Source of the DNA: Glycera tridactyla
Lineage: Eukaryota
NCBI GenBank assembly: GCA_965644265.1
Contig: OZ286463.1
Location: forward strand, 30,380,001-30,444,000
DNA length: 64,000 nucleotides
Direction: 5' to 3'
The notes beneath the pieces were generated by a model. That model saw only the letters and a program-made list of their open reading frames with translations. It had not been told where the DNA came from and ran no database searches. Below, one piece after another: positions 1 to 11,056 of the stretch (the first letter of the stretch is position 1; each line of letters starts with the position of its first letter). Made by a program: the position numbers and the translations under genes.

Positions 1-2482
1 CAAAAAAGCGACTGAATAAGGGAGTGATACAAATACAAGGCTCTTTCCTCAGATAAATAAGGCCTAATATGTAAGAGTGCTGACCGGCGAGTTCTTATTT
101 TCTTAAGCATGTAATCAGCATGAGCCCTGAATGATAGGTTTTCGTCAACTACTACACCCAAATACTTGTACTCAGACAAGCGATGTATGACCATATTGTC
201 AACTATTAGCTGTCTAGATTGTATTTTCTGTGTCTGAGGTTTAGTACCGACAAACATAATGGCCGATTTGTCAATATTCAATGACAGCTTCATGTAAGCA
301 AACCACTGCTTGAGTCTCAGTAGGTCCTCTTCCAATTTGGTCATGTTATCAGTTTCATTGTAACCGCTTGCACATATTGCGGTATCATCCGCATAGAGAA
401 AGCAAGATGACCTCTTTACAATTTCAGGGAGCCGATTTACATACAGAACGAACAACAGTGGCCCCAAGATTTAGCCTTGAGGGACATCTAGTGGAATTTC
501 ATGACTGTCAGATAACACACTCTCGTATTTTACTCGCTGGTTGCGTTTCTCAAGATATGACTTGAACCAACAACATGCAGAGTTCCTAAACCCCTCCTTC
601 CTCAGCCGCTGGACTAAACACGAATGGTCCACCGTATCAAATGCCTTTTTCAGATCCAGGAAGAGGACTCCCGTCGGACACCCCTGGTCAGCTTCTCCCG
701 AGATTATATCAAGAAAGCTGACCAGGCAGGTCCCAGTGGAAGCCCCCTCCCTGAATCCGAACTGGGCACGGGACAGTATGTCATGACTTTTCAGGTATGC
801 AGAAACCTGTGTGTGTATTAATCTCTCCATCAACTTCCCGAGCGTTGGTATTATCGATATGGGCCTGAAGTTATTTATATCGGTGTTGGTACCACCCTTA
901 TGGAGAATGGTTACAATACTGGACTTTCAATTAGATGGGAAGGTCGAGATCGATCGATCACACACATAGGTAATTGCTTTAATTACATGATCCGGAAATT
1001 TTTTTAGAAGATGGTTCGAGATGCCATCATCAGCTGCTGAGGGGGAGTTGTTGGCCTTTCTGATACAAACTAGCACATCAGTTACAGAGACTGGTCGCAA
1101 TTCAAATACAGGTGGTAAGCAAGTCGATATACCAATGGGGGTATCGGTACTAGGAATCTTGCTAGCTAGTGAAACTCCAATCTTCACAAAGTAATCATTA
1201 ATTTCATTTGACTTTTTAACAGGGCTAGTTGCTTCGAGAGTTGGCTTTTTGTTATCAGACTTATATAAGGGCAAATCCTTCTTATCCCCTTCCACAGGCG
1301 CTTTGGATCATTAGCATTTAGTTCAACAGTGTTATGTACATAATCACGAATCAGTTCTAACTTGAGTTCCCTTTTCGCAGGATATGCTTCCTGTTTCAGG
1401 GCTTTATTCAAATGAGTTGGGTATCTTCGGAATAAGTAACTGCGATGTTCACAAAGGTCAATATAACTCCTATAGGTCCCATTGATCCAAGGCACATCAT
1501 GTTCAGAAAATGTACGTTCTCTAATTGGCAAATGGGCATTTAAACAGTGACCAAGAGCAGCATCGAGCTCAGAGGCAGCAGCCTCCGCAGAGTCTTGTTT
1601 GTATACCCTACTGAGATCAAGGCTAGTTAGGTCACCTTTGAACATATCCTTATCAAATTTCCTAAAGCTCCTAAATTTCACCTTTGTTTTCGGTCTACTG
1701 ATCCTGCGGCGTTTTCTAGTTACATACACCATTCCATGATCACTGAGGCCCGGGTCTAAGACACCATATTGACTAAAGAATGATGTGTTAGAAACAATAA
1801 TATGATCAATTAGTGTAGCCGAGTGAGTTGTTACCCGAGTTGGAGCCCGTATTAACTGGGTCAGTGATCTTGCCTTCAGACAATTAAGGTAGTCCTTCAC
1901 TCCACTTCTGCGCTGGTTTGTAAGGTCAAGATTCACATCGCCAATCAATATCAGCTCATGTGACGGGTATGTCTCATAAAGATTTTCAAAGCATGAGTTC
2001 AGATAGTCGATAAAATTTATACTCGACCCATCTGGTGGGCGATAGACAGATCCTATCATAAGGGGCCTGCATTTATGCAGTGTTAGGACCACCCAATTTG
2101 CTTCAACATCTGGTGAACACATAGTGAGGTTGGCAATGGAACTGGTTTCCAGATGATTGGCATGATAGAGCAAAATTCCACCACCACACATCTTGCCACT
2201 TGCAATGTTAGGATCTGATCGGTAAAAGGAATAGCCTGGAATAGAAAGTTCACTGTCAGCAATGCTGTCATTGAGGAATGTTTCAGATAAGAACAGAAAG
2301 TCCAGTTTACTGTGATGAAGCAGAAAGTGAACATTGTCAATCTTGCTTGTTACACTCTGGATGTTAAGCCCAGCAAAGCTTATCCCAGGCAGGTTCGATA
2401 AAGCAGATGAGGAGTACTCGATATCGGATTGTGGTGAAGCACTAGGAAAAATATGAGTGTCCCGTCTTCTGTTGGTGTTCAT
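1..2482 (-). pseudogene. LINE ORF2: APE endonuclease + reverse transcriptase, disabled
   Basis: APE motifs GLNIQS, LSETFL, GGGILLY, VYRPP, LIGDVN, PTR..TLIDHI, GLSDH. Frameshift near 1230-1290. FPSN*KSSIV (TGA at 927-929, in a usual Trp position), NNFRPIS, FLDLKKAFDTVDH, PQG*ILGPLLF (TAA at 471-473, in the Ser position), YADD at 384-395, then KYLG. The frame stays open to base 1. Confidence 0.95.
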
Positions 2483-3052
2483 GTAACCAGAGGTAATCTA
2501 CTGCGTTAGTAGTCTAGGGCTATACAGTTAACAGATAGTTTTGTGAGTTTTAATTTAATATGGGATATCTCAGTAATAATCACAAGAGATGATACCGGAA
2601 ATGCTAATTCTAAATATAGGATGACCTAGGAGTTAGTATGAGAGTAAGAGTATTGCGGGAGGAATCAATCTTCACCAATTTAATCACTGGACAAGAAGCT
2701 AGCATACCTGCCTTCTGGATCGAACAGAGCAAGAATTACCATGTAACAGTAGTTACAACATAGACACAAATCAACAATATTCCCTGGACAGTAACGACAA
2801 TGGCCGCTGAAAATGACTCATGCAATTCAACTGCGCCTAGAATATTTGGCATAGGGTATTCCGTTGATAAACTCTCACATTTAGTCATTATCTTTAACTA
2901 ATAACTCCAAGCAAAGATGGAGATTGCAGTCCTTAATTTTATAGAAACGAGGCCGGTACCATAATCAGACATATCGAATGCGACAGAAAAAGTGTTCACG
3001 CTCAAAGTTATCAAGAGTATTGTCAAGGATCAGCACCGATGGTCGTAGCTGA

Positions 3053-3875
3053 TTGTTGCAGTTACAGCTTGTGTGTGAGGATGACAGCCGGTCAGGAATA
3101 ACAGCAGTCGGACAAGAGTGCCAACAGCAGCCACGACAGATTGGCGTAGAATGACGATCTCATGTTGCGGTATGATGTCACAAATACAGTATCACCATGG
3201 CAGGTGGTGACCTTGCTCGTAGCGGATTGTCACAACTCATGAGTGGGGTAGTCAGACAGTCATGGATACCAACATCAGCCACATTCGCAGTTGCAGCAGA
3301 TTGTCACCATTGCAGCTTCAATCCGGCGGCCATGACGGCGGCATTAAAGGATCCATATTGGCAAGTAGAGTCCGCAATCGCAGCAGATTGTCCTGATTAC
3401 AGTTCCAATCTGGCGGTCACAGAGTCGATGATGTTAAATTCCTTGGACGTGAACCTTCGTTGGCGGACCTCCGATTGAAGCATGGTGTCACCATTACAGT
3501 ATCACCACGACAAATTGTACGGAGCAGCCAAACAGAGATGAGCAGCCACATGAGTCGGCCAAGAATTCCAACCGCAGCCGCGGCAGATTGTTACCATTAC
3601 AGCTTCAATCCGGCGGCCGTGACGGCGACGACGTTGACCGACAGTGGTCGCAGAGGCGACGAAGTTGAGTTCGTTGGAGCCGATCCAGTTGTAACTAACA
3701 GATTGACGATCCTTTGATTGCAGCATGGTGTCACCATTACAGTTTCACCACGGCCAGATGCAAGGAGCAGCCAATCGGATGGTAGCAGCAATACCAACAG
3801 TAGTAGCCGCAGCAGATTGTCACCATTTCAGTTTCAATCAGGCGGCCGTGACAGCGACGATGTTGTCAGACAGTT
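3053..3875. repeat. Degenerate dispersed-tandem array inside the LINE inter-ORF spacer (core TTGTCACCATTACAGYTTC)
   Basis: Core copies start near 3053, 3176, 3301, 3388, 3486, 3588, 3729 and 3817. Copies at 3301, 3588 and 3817 continue with TTCAATC(C/A)GGCGGCC(A/G)TGAC. Confidence 0.8.
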
Positions 3876-4005
3876 GCTCCAATCCGGTTGCTGAGAAAAC
3901 GACTTGTCAATGTTGATGGTATGTTGTTGTGGCTTTGTGGCGGCCGCCGGTAGCAGAATTATCCGTATAGATGACAGCGCATAGCAAGAAGTCAGATTAG
4001 ACAGT

Positions 4006-5079
4006 CTAGGTTCTCCCTTTCTTTACTACCACCACAAACTTTAGCCTTTTCGGCGAGGACTTTGTATGTCGATGTACAACTGTGCGCTGATATGTGATAG
4101 AGCTATCTACGAAGACCGTGGTTACCGGACTCGATCTCGTTTCAGGAGAACAACGAGGTTTGCGACGGCGAGGTGTGCGTTCACTCACATATCTCTCCGG
4201 ATGCACCATTAATTGGGTCGACTTCCACCAGTCAAAGACCACTGGTAGAATCTCGCGAAGTAAAATTTCATGACCTTCATTGCTTAAATGGAGGTTATCA
4301 GTATCCATGAAGAAGGACAGAATATCATCCTGGGTATTCACTATGTTATTCTTGTATAGGGACCCCGGTAGCAATTGGCATGAGCCGTGTGATTTACGCA
4401 AGGCAACTCCTGCGATGTAACCAATACGTTCAGCAGCTTTCCTTGCCTCAACGGACCACCATTGTCGGGGTAGGATGGGTATAACACCACATGGTATTGA
4501 AGGGAATTGCTTGCGTATGAATGACATGAAGCCGGCAATTTCTGGTTCTAGTTGGTCTGACCATATTTTGGATTCAATGGGCGATCTCCAGTCGTAGTTG
4601 TATTTAGTGTTAGACTTTCGAATTTCATTGAGATGGCTATTGCAGTCATCTGCGTCATTGGATCCAAGCATGATGATCATGCAGTCTGGTTTATAGCTAG
4701 CAATATTGGCCCATTGGTTACCGTAGATTTTCAACTTTTTCGCTGATAGATTCTCGCCATGCAGGTGTTTTTCGAGTGTCCAGAACTTTGATCCACCCAC
4801 GGCAAGCACCCTGGAATTATCTGCATTCACAAAGTTGTGAAGATATTTGTCAGGTGATAGGCTGTGAATATAGTCCACCAAATGCACTGCATAAAGAGCG
4901 CCAACTAATAGTATTTGCGGGAGACCGAAGCATCTAGCAGTGCGGTCAGCTTGAACAAATTTCGATCTGTCGAAGCTGTTCAATCTCTCTCTAGCTAATC
5001 TGTCGTCATCAGCATTATGTATCTTGGTTGTAGGATAGATTCGAGGCACAGGCCTCTTATACAGAGGTAGCATACTCAT
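4006..5079 (-). CDS. SGNH/GDSL hydrolase-fold (esterase-like) protein of the LINE, 357 aa, uninterrupted
   Basis: ILLVGAL (aa56-62), VLAVGGS (91-97), PDCMIIMLGSND (GxND block, 139-142), FPSIPCGVIPILPR, DNLHL (DxxH, 261-264) and a basic C-terminal tail. Esterase domains are established in CR1/L2-group ORF1 proteins. Confidence 0.8.
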   Translation of the reverse strand: MSMLPLYKRPVPRIYPTTKIHNADDDRLARERLNSFDRSKFVQADRTARCFGLPQILLVGALYAVHLVDYIHSLSPDKYLHNFVNADNSRVLAVGGSKFWTLEKHLHGENLSAKKLKIYGNQWANIASYKPDCMIIMLGSNDADDCNSHLNEIRKSNTKYNYDWRSPIESKIWSDQLEPEIAGFMSFIRKQFPSIPCGVIPILPRQWWSVEARKAAERIGYIAGVALRKSHGSCQLLPGSLYKNNIVNTQDDILSFFMDTDNLHLSNEGHEILLREILPVVFDWWKSTQLMVHPERYVSERTPRRRKPRCSPETRSSPVTTVFVDSSITYQRTVVHRHTKSSPKRLKFVVVVKKGRT

Positions 5080-5091
5080 CTTGTAGTTCCT

Positions 5092-7428
5092 TTAGCAGCG
5101 TCTGTCACTATTTTCTTGGTATTGTTGCCAATCGGAATCAGTACAGTAAGCAGCTGTAGTGCGTGCACGGTAGGTCTGACTGCTGCCTTGCCAGCGATTG
5201 TCACGCTGTCTCGGTCGTCCACCGTGACGGTAATGGTTCCTGTCTCCGTTACGCTCTGATTGTAGCCTGGCCGTCGATGCCGTTGTTGACCATGCACCAC
5301 GATTCTCGGTTCCACTTGGTTGAGAGGGGTAGGCCTGTCTACCTCGAGTGTCGTCGTTTCCCCTTCCGTTTCGGCGCGTGCTAGTGCCGGCATCACTCTG
5401 CATGTCTCGGTGCCGTTCATTACCTATGTCACTACGCGGTGCAACTTCGGCATTTCGGCTATTAGATTGAGATACCCCATCATTGATGGCCTTAAGGGTA
5501 TCAGCATCTAGTAGCAGTGAAGGCTTAGAGTCAGGTTTTTCAGTTGCCCAGACAAGCCCATCATGTGTCCAAATTCTATTTGACATCCTGTTTTTTCTAG
5601 CCCTCCTAGCTTCGTAGAAGATTTCATTGTTACACGTTGTGAGGAATTCTTTAAAGAATATATGGGATCCTCTTAGCTTGCCTTTGCATTTCATTGAGTG
5701 CCTCTTGAGTTCAACATCTTTTAGCTTAACCAGGATGGGACGGGGTTCGTCAGCAGCAGGTTTCCCAATGAAGGAACATTTCACGATATCCTTATGTGAG
5801 AGGCTGATGTCAAGCCTGTCGCAGCTTGCATAGCCCACATTATCCACAAGTGAATAATTTGGATCAAATTCTAGGCCCTCAATGATGATTGATGATAAAC
5901 GATCGGACATCTCAAGATCCTCAAATCTATGAGTGACATTGACATTTGCTGATGATTGACCAACATCAGACTGTGTTGGTGTTATTATAGCGGTATTGTT
6001 CCTTCCTGTTGTCGATGAGAGTTTCTGTAAGTTGCTCTGCAGCATTGTAATTGTGTTGGCTTTGTTGGTTAATTCCCTACTTATCTTCCTGATTTGATTT
6101 GAGAGATTAAGTATCTCGCCCCTGACTTCTTTTAGGATTCTGTCACAGATACTTACAGTCAACTAAATTTCTAGCTTGGATTTTAGACTGCGTTCAACTT
6201 CCGGAAGAATTGAAGCTAGCATTTCATTCTTTAGCTCTTCTTTCAAGTCATTACTGTATCTCATTTTTTGTGGAGTAGAGGTCACAGGTTTCTTCCCATT
6301 ATCGCCATGTTCTTGGGTACCATTATGAGTGGCATCTTTAGCAGGTGGGTGGTCATTTATTGGGCGGTCAGCACTTGCACGGGGTTCCAATAGATCCCAA
6401 CCATCCAAGGCACTAAGGGGGGCAACGGATTCATCTCCTTGTGCTGTATGGTCATCAGTGTCTGATTGAGTGGGAGGGGGGCGTTGACCAATTTCGAGCC
6501 GGACATCATCCTCACCGGCTATTGAGGCATCCATGTTGCTCTCAATTTCAGAGCCGGAGTCGCTAGAAATATCATACTCCTCAGATACCTGGATTAAACT
6601 ATTATTATCGTTACAGTTCGCCTTTTTGAAAGTTGCCGCGATGCCTGTAGTATCGTCAGGAGAGTGCGCATGATGGAGGCGTTTGCGCTTGTGTTTTCGC
6701 TTCACCTTTCCCGAAGAGGTGGATGTATCTGCAGGTTTGACTTTAGGCTCGAGTGTGCTTGCAACAGACCCGCCAGACCCGCCAGTTAAAGCGATACTGC
6801 CTTGGGTTGACATTGCCTGCGATTCGACGACAGCTTCATTCAAGACACTTAGTAGATTTTTTGCAGGGTCATTTATATCATCAGTCTTGTAGGTGTCATT
6901 AATTCCATTCGGGGAATCAAAGGTGGGAGTAACAAGGCCAGATGTATGGGAGGTGATAGTTGACCTTATAGCGGTTACAATCGTTTCGTTATGGCGCTGG
7001 GTTGCCGGCGAGGCAGTGAACGGAGGATTCGGTTCATCACATGCTTGGACATGGTCTGATGATCGCAGCGAGGTGGGGGCGGCGGGGGTGGCGTTAGTGG
7101 GTGCTCCACCAGCGAGTATCGGTATACCCTCTCCCCATCGGGCACGACACTACCCTTCTGTTGGTCTTGCTCCGCTTGAGCATTCACCTGGTCCTCTGGC
7201 TGCCTAGATGGGGGAATTGCCATGCTAAACTTAGATGACCCAGCAGGTGTGGGGTTCGAACCTGGTCGCGCGTTATCGCTCACCTTAAATTTCATCAGAT
7301 CCAAGTTAGAATTAGTCCTCCTCCAGAGCGATTCCATGATCGTTTCCTGCCTTGGCTTGGGAACGTCCGGATGCTTCACCCTTCTTTGTGTCATCCTTAG
7401 CTTTCTTCAGTTTCGATCCAGAAGGCAT
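5092..7428 (-). pseudogene. LINE ORF1: disordered N-terminus, basic patch, coiled coil and L1-ORF1p-like RRM/CTD region; interrupted
   Basis: Listed ORFs 6163-6843 and 5092-6162 share one frame separated by a single TAG (6163-6165), and that frame is open upstream to a TAG at 7150-7152. Features: KVKRKHKRKR basic patch, heptad-like EELKNEML..LQSNLQKL, and RLSSIIIEGL..RPILVKL..IFFKEFLT..IFYEARR..IWTHDG (about 5900-5545). The 5' part needs frameshifts between ATG 7428, ORF 6975-7394 and the main frame. Confidence 0.75.
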
Positions 7429-7835
7429 GATTTGAGATAGATTCTAGCCGCAAAATTAGGCACGTCACGTCAGCTCCATGTCAATATATATACAGTTTGA
7501 AAGACGGTGAACATAGTGGAATCAATCAATCATAGTAGGAATGAAGAGGTTGATTCTTTGATTGCTTGCTTGATCGATTTATCATTCCAAATTCAATTTC
7601 ATGTAACAGTTTGGAGGATTAGGTATATCGGGTGTTCTGGCATGACTTACCTAAACCTTGGAAGCAGGTCATGAAATGACGAGGGATGGTGCAGGCCCTG
7701 GGAGATTGGGGATGGGGATGGTCATCCTGTTGGCGATGGTAGATGTGCTACTGATTCACACAACCACATGACCTGGTTGTCCAGCTTTCCGGTCAACTAT
7801 TTGAGAATTGGTCCATTTACTCGTTATGAAGACGA

Positions 7836-8935
7836 CACAGGCAGTCTGGTCCTGTACGAAATACTCACTATCAGCATCTAATGTTCGATCAGCAACCTGA
7901 ATCAGTCCGGTCCTGTTCGAAATGCTCACTATCAGCATCTAATGTTCAATCTGCAACCTGAATCAGTCTGGTCCTGTTCGAAATACTCACTATCAGCATC
8001 TAATGTTCAATCAGCAACCTGAATCAGTCTGGTCCAGTTCGAAATACTCACTATCAGCATCTAATATTCACAGGCAGTTTGGTCCTGTTCGAAATACTCA
8101 CTATCAGCATCTAATGTTCACAGGCAGTCTGGTCCTGTTCGAAATACTCACTATCAGCATCCAATGTTCACAGGCAGTCTGGTCCTGTTTGAGATACTCA
8201 CTATCAGCATCCAATGTTCACAGGCAGTCTGGTCCTGTTCGAAATACTCACTATCAGCATCTAATGTTCACAGGCAGTCTGGTCCTGTTCGAAATACACA
8301 CTAGCAGCATCTCATAATCACAGGCAGTCTTGTCCTCTTCGAAATACTCACTATCAGCATCTAATGTTCACAGGCAGTCTGGTCCTCTTCGTAATACTCA
8401 CTAGCAGCATCTAATGTTCACAGGCAGTCTGGTCCTGTTCGAAATACTCACTTTCAGCATCTAATGTTCACAGGCAGTCTGGTCCTGTTCGAAATACTCA
8501 CTATCAGCATCTAATGTTCACAGGCAGTCTGGTCCTGTCCGAAATACTCACTAGCAGCATCTGATGTTCACAGACAGTCTGGTCCTGTTCGAAATACTCA
8601 CTATCAGCATCTCATGTTCACAGGCAGTCTGGTCCTGTTCGAAATACTCACTATCAGCATCTCATGTTCACAGGCAGTCTGGTCCTGTTCGAAATACTCA
8701 CTAGCAGCATCTTATGTTCACAGGCAGTCTGGTCCTGTTCGAAATACTCACTAGCAGCATCTAATGTTCACAGGCAGTCTGGTCCTGTTCGAAATACTCA
8801 CTAGCAGCACCTAATGTTCACAGGCAGTCTGGTCCTGTTCGAAATACTCACTTTCAGCATCTAATGTTCACAGGCAGTCTGGTCCTGTCCGAAATACTCA
8901 CTAGCAGCATCTCATGTTCAATCAGCAACCTGAGT
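7836..8935. repeat. Compound minisatellite of 61-bp and 50-bp units
   Basis: Three 61-bp units start at 7880, 7941 and 8002, followed by about 17 units of 50 bp (AATGTTCACAGGCAGTCTGGTCCTGTTCGAAATACTCACTATCAGCATCT) from 8063; the array ends with a partial 61-type unit. Confidence 0.97.
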
Positions 8936-9218
8936 CAAGCACTTCCACAGAGTATTATAAGTGCAGTCTACGAGGAACTATCTGATGATCTACTTCCCAT
9001 GATGAAGAAGCAGCCGCTACAAATCACCATAGACTCAATCTCACCCATTGTCTCAACGAATCATATTGAATATGATTGATTCCATGAATCATAACAAGAT
9101 CTACATTTTTGTGTGATCCGAAATCAGTGAGAAAATGCTATAGTATCGCCGCCCACCGGAACAGACAAAGATCGTATCTAAGCATTATATTTGACGGCAC
9201 TCACCGCTTTTCTCAGTG

Positions 9219-9774
9219 GTCACAAGCCTTAGTGAAGAGGAATAATGGATTCCCCATAGTGCTCACAAGCCTTGGTGAAGAGGAATAATGGATTCTCCAT
9301 AGTGCTCACAAGCCTTAGTGAATTGGAATAATGGATTCCCCATAGTGCTCGCAAGCCTTAGTGAAGAGGAATAATGGATTCCCCATAGTGCTCACAAGCC
9401 TTAGTGAAGAGGAATGATGGATTCCCCATAGTGTTCACAAGCCTTAGTGAAGAGGAATGATGGATTCCCCATAGTGTTCACAAGCCTTAGTGAAGAGGAA
9501 TGATGGATTCCCCATAGTGTTCACAAGCCTTAATGAAGAGGAATAATGGATTCCCCATAGTGCTCGCAAGCCTTAGTGAAGAGGAATAATGGATTCCCCA
9601 TAGTGCTCGCAAGCCTTAGTGAAGAGGAATAATGGATTCCCCATAGTGCTCGCAAGCCTTAGTGAAGAGGAATAATGGATTCCCCATAGTGCTCACAAGC
9701 CTTAGTGAAGAGGAATAATGGATTCCCCATAGTGCTCGCAAGCCTTAGTGAAGAGGAATAATGGATTCCACATA
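9219..9774. repeat. 43-bp minisatellite, about 13 copies
   Basis: Unit CTCACAAGCCTTAGTGAAGAGGAATAATGGATTCCCCATAGTG. Confidence 0.97.
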
Positions 9775-10092
9775 GAAGCAATCATAGAACCACATCTAGC
9801 TCAGACATCATCAATGCTCATGATGTATCACCTGTCACGTTGATGGATTCATATATTCCGGGCTGTGAATTCTATCAGTCTGTCGGTATTCCAGCTCCTT
9901 TTTATGGCTGCTGATTGTGCTTGTGAGAGGATTGGTCTGTCTGGGGAAGGACATTGACTGCGTTATGTCGATCATGTCGTGGAAATTAAGCTGCTCGTTT
10001 TTTGTCGTACCAGACGGAGTCAATGACATTCAAACAATGGTACCAATGAATACAAAGTGTCTAATGGATCCAAATGTACCCCGAAAGGGGAA

Positions 10093-10237
10093 AGAATTCC
10101 GAAAAAAATCATGAATGGCGTGCAGTTCATATCAGGGAAAAGTATAGTAAAAGTAGTTTTTGTCAGAGAATTCCGAAAAAAAGTCATGAATGGCGTGTAG
10201 TTCATTTCAGGAAAAAGTATAGTAAAAGTAGTTTCTG
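10093..10237. repeat. 74-bp tandem duplication
   Basis: AGAATTCCGAAAAAAA..CATGAATGGCGTG..AAGTATAGTAAAAGTAGTTT at 10093 and 10167. Confidence 0.9.
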
Positions 10238-10580
10238 TTGCATAAGTAGATCATCTCAATGGCACGCCTCCCAAGCTTACGCAACAGCAGGTTTCAAGAC
10301 AACATAGATACATCCGAAAGTGACATGGTGAAACTATGAGGGATGGTAGATTCAGTGAATAATGAGGGAATCTGTGTAAACGATACGAGAGGTTACGAAT
10401 GGCATATTACATGCTATTGACACAGCAAGAGTTTATAAGGTGTTAAAATGACGAGGGTAAATGTAAACAGTAGGAGGGGATATGGAAGGTCTCGTAATAA
10501 AAGCGCAAATGGATTGATGTATTACATGATAATGATACAGCAGAAGGTGAAATGATGACTATGTGTGCATTCAATTAGTA

Positions 10581-10654
10581 TGCGTGTGTGTCTCGCTTTG
10601 TGTGTGTGTGTGTGTCTGCGCGCATGTGTGTGTGTGTATGTGTGTGTATATGTG
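10581..10654. repeat. (TG)n microsatellite
   Basis: Direct reading. Confidence 0.9.
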
Positions 10655-10962
10655 AGTTCAGTTTGGGAATATGTTACACTAGATGTGAGAAGTGGTGAAT
10701 TGGATAGATGAAGAAGATAATTGAAGGCATGCTAGCCGTACGTGTAGAACTCTGGTTGGCTACACCCCACTGATAATGGATGTCACATTGTATACACCTC
10801 CTCATCTATTCAGGCAACATTGGCCTCTGTCAAGTATACGTTAACAACCAAGTCTCATGTCCCAGATGTATGCATGTCCATTCTTATTCTGCATGATGTG
10901 TGATGTGCTGTTCCAGTTTTGGGATTCTCCATCTGTCTTTGAGATGATAGACGTATAGAAAA

Positions 10963-11056
10963 ATGGATGAATGGATGGATGAATGGATGAATGACTGAAT
11001 TGATAAAATGGATGCATGGAGATAGATAGATGGATGGATGGACGGATAGATAGATG
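10963..11056. repeat. (GGAT/GAAT/GATA)n tetranucleotide microsatellite
   Basis: Direct reading. Confidence 0.85.

Larger units (their letters stand above)
1..7470 (-). mobile_element. Non-LTR retrotransposon (LINE) of the CR1/L2 group; 5' portion apparently complete, 3' end beyond the window edge; disabled copy
   Basis: Collinear minus-strand ORF1-like, SGNH-like and APE+RT coding blocks. The 5' boundary is estimated from the first ATG (7428); no TSD can be defined. Confidence 0.92.

Noticed and set aside
7240-7270. GGTTCGAACC B-box or tRNA-like motif in the LINE 5' region
   Set aside because: No A box or cloverleaf; it lies within an ORF1 reading frame; a short palindrome can arise by chance.
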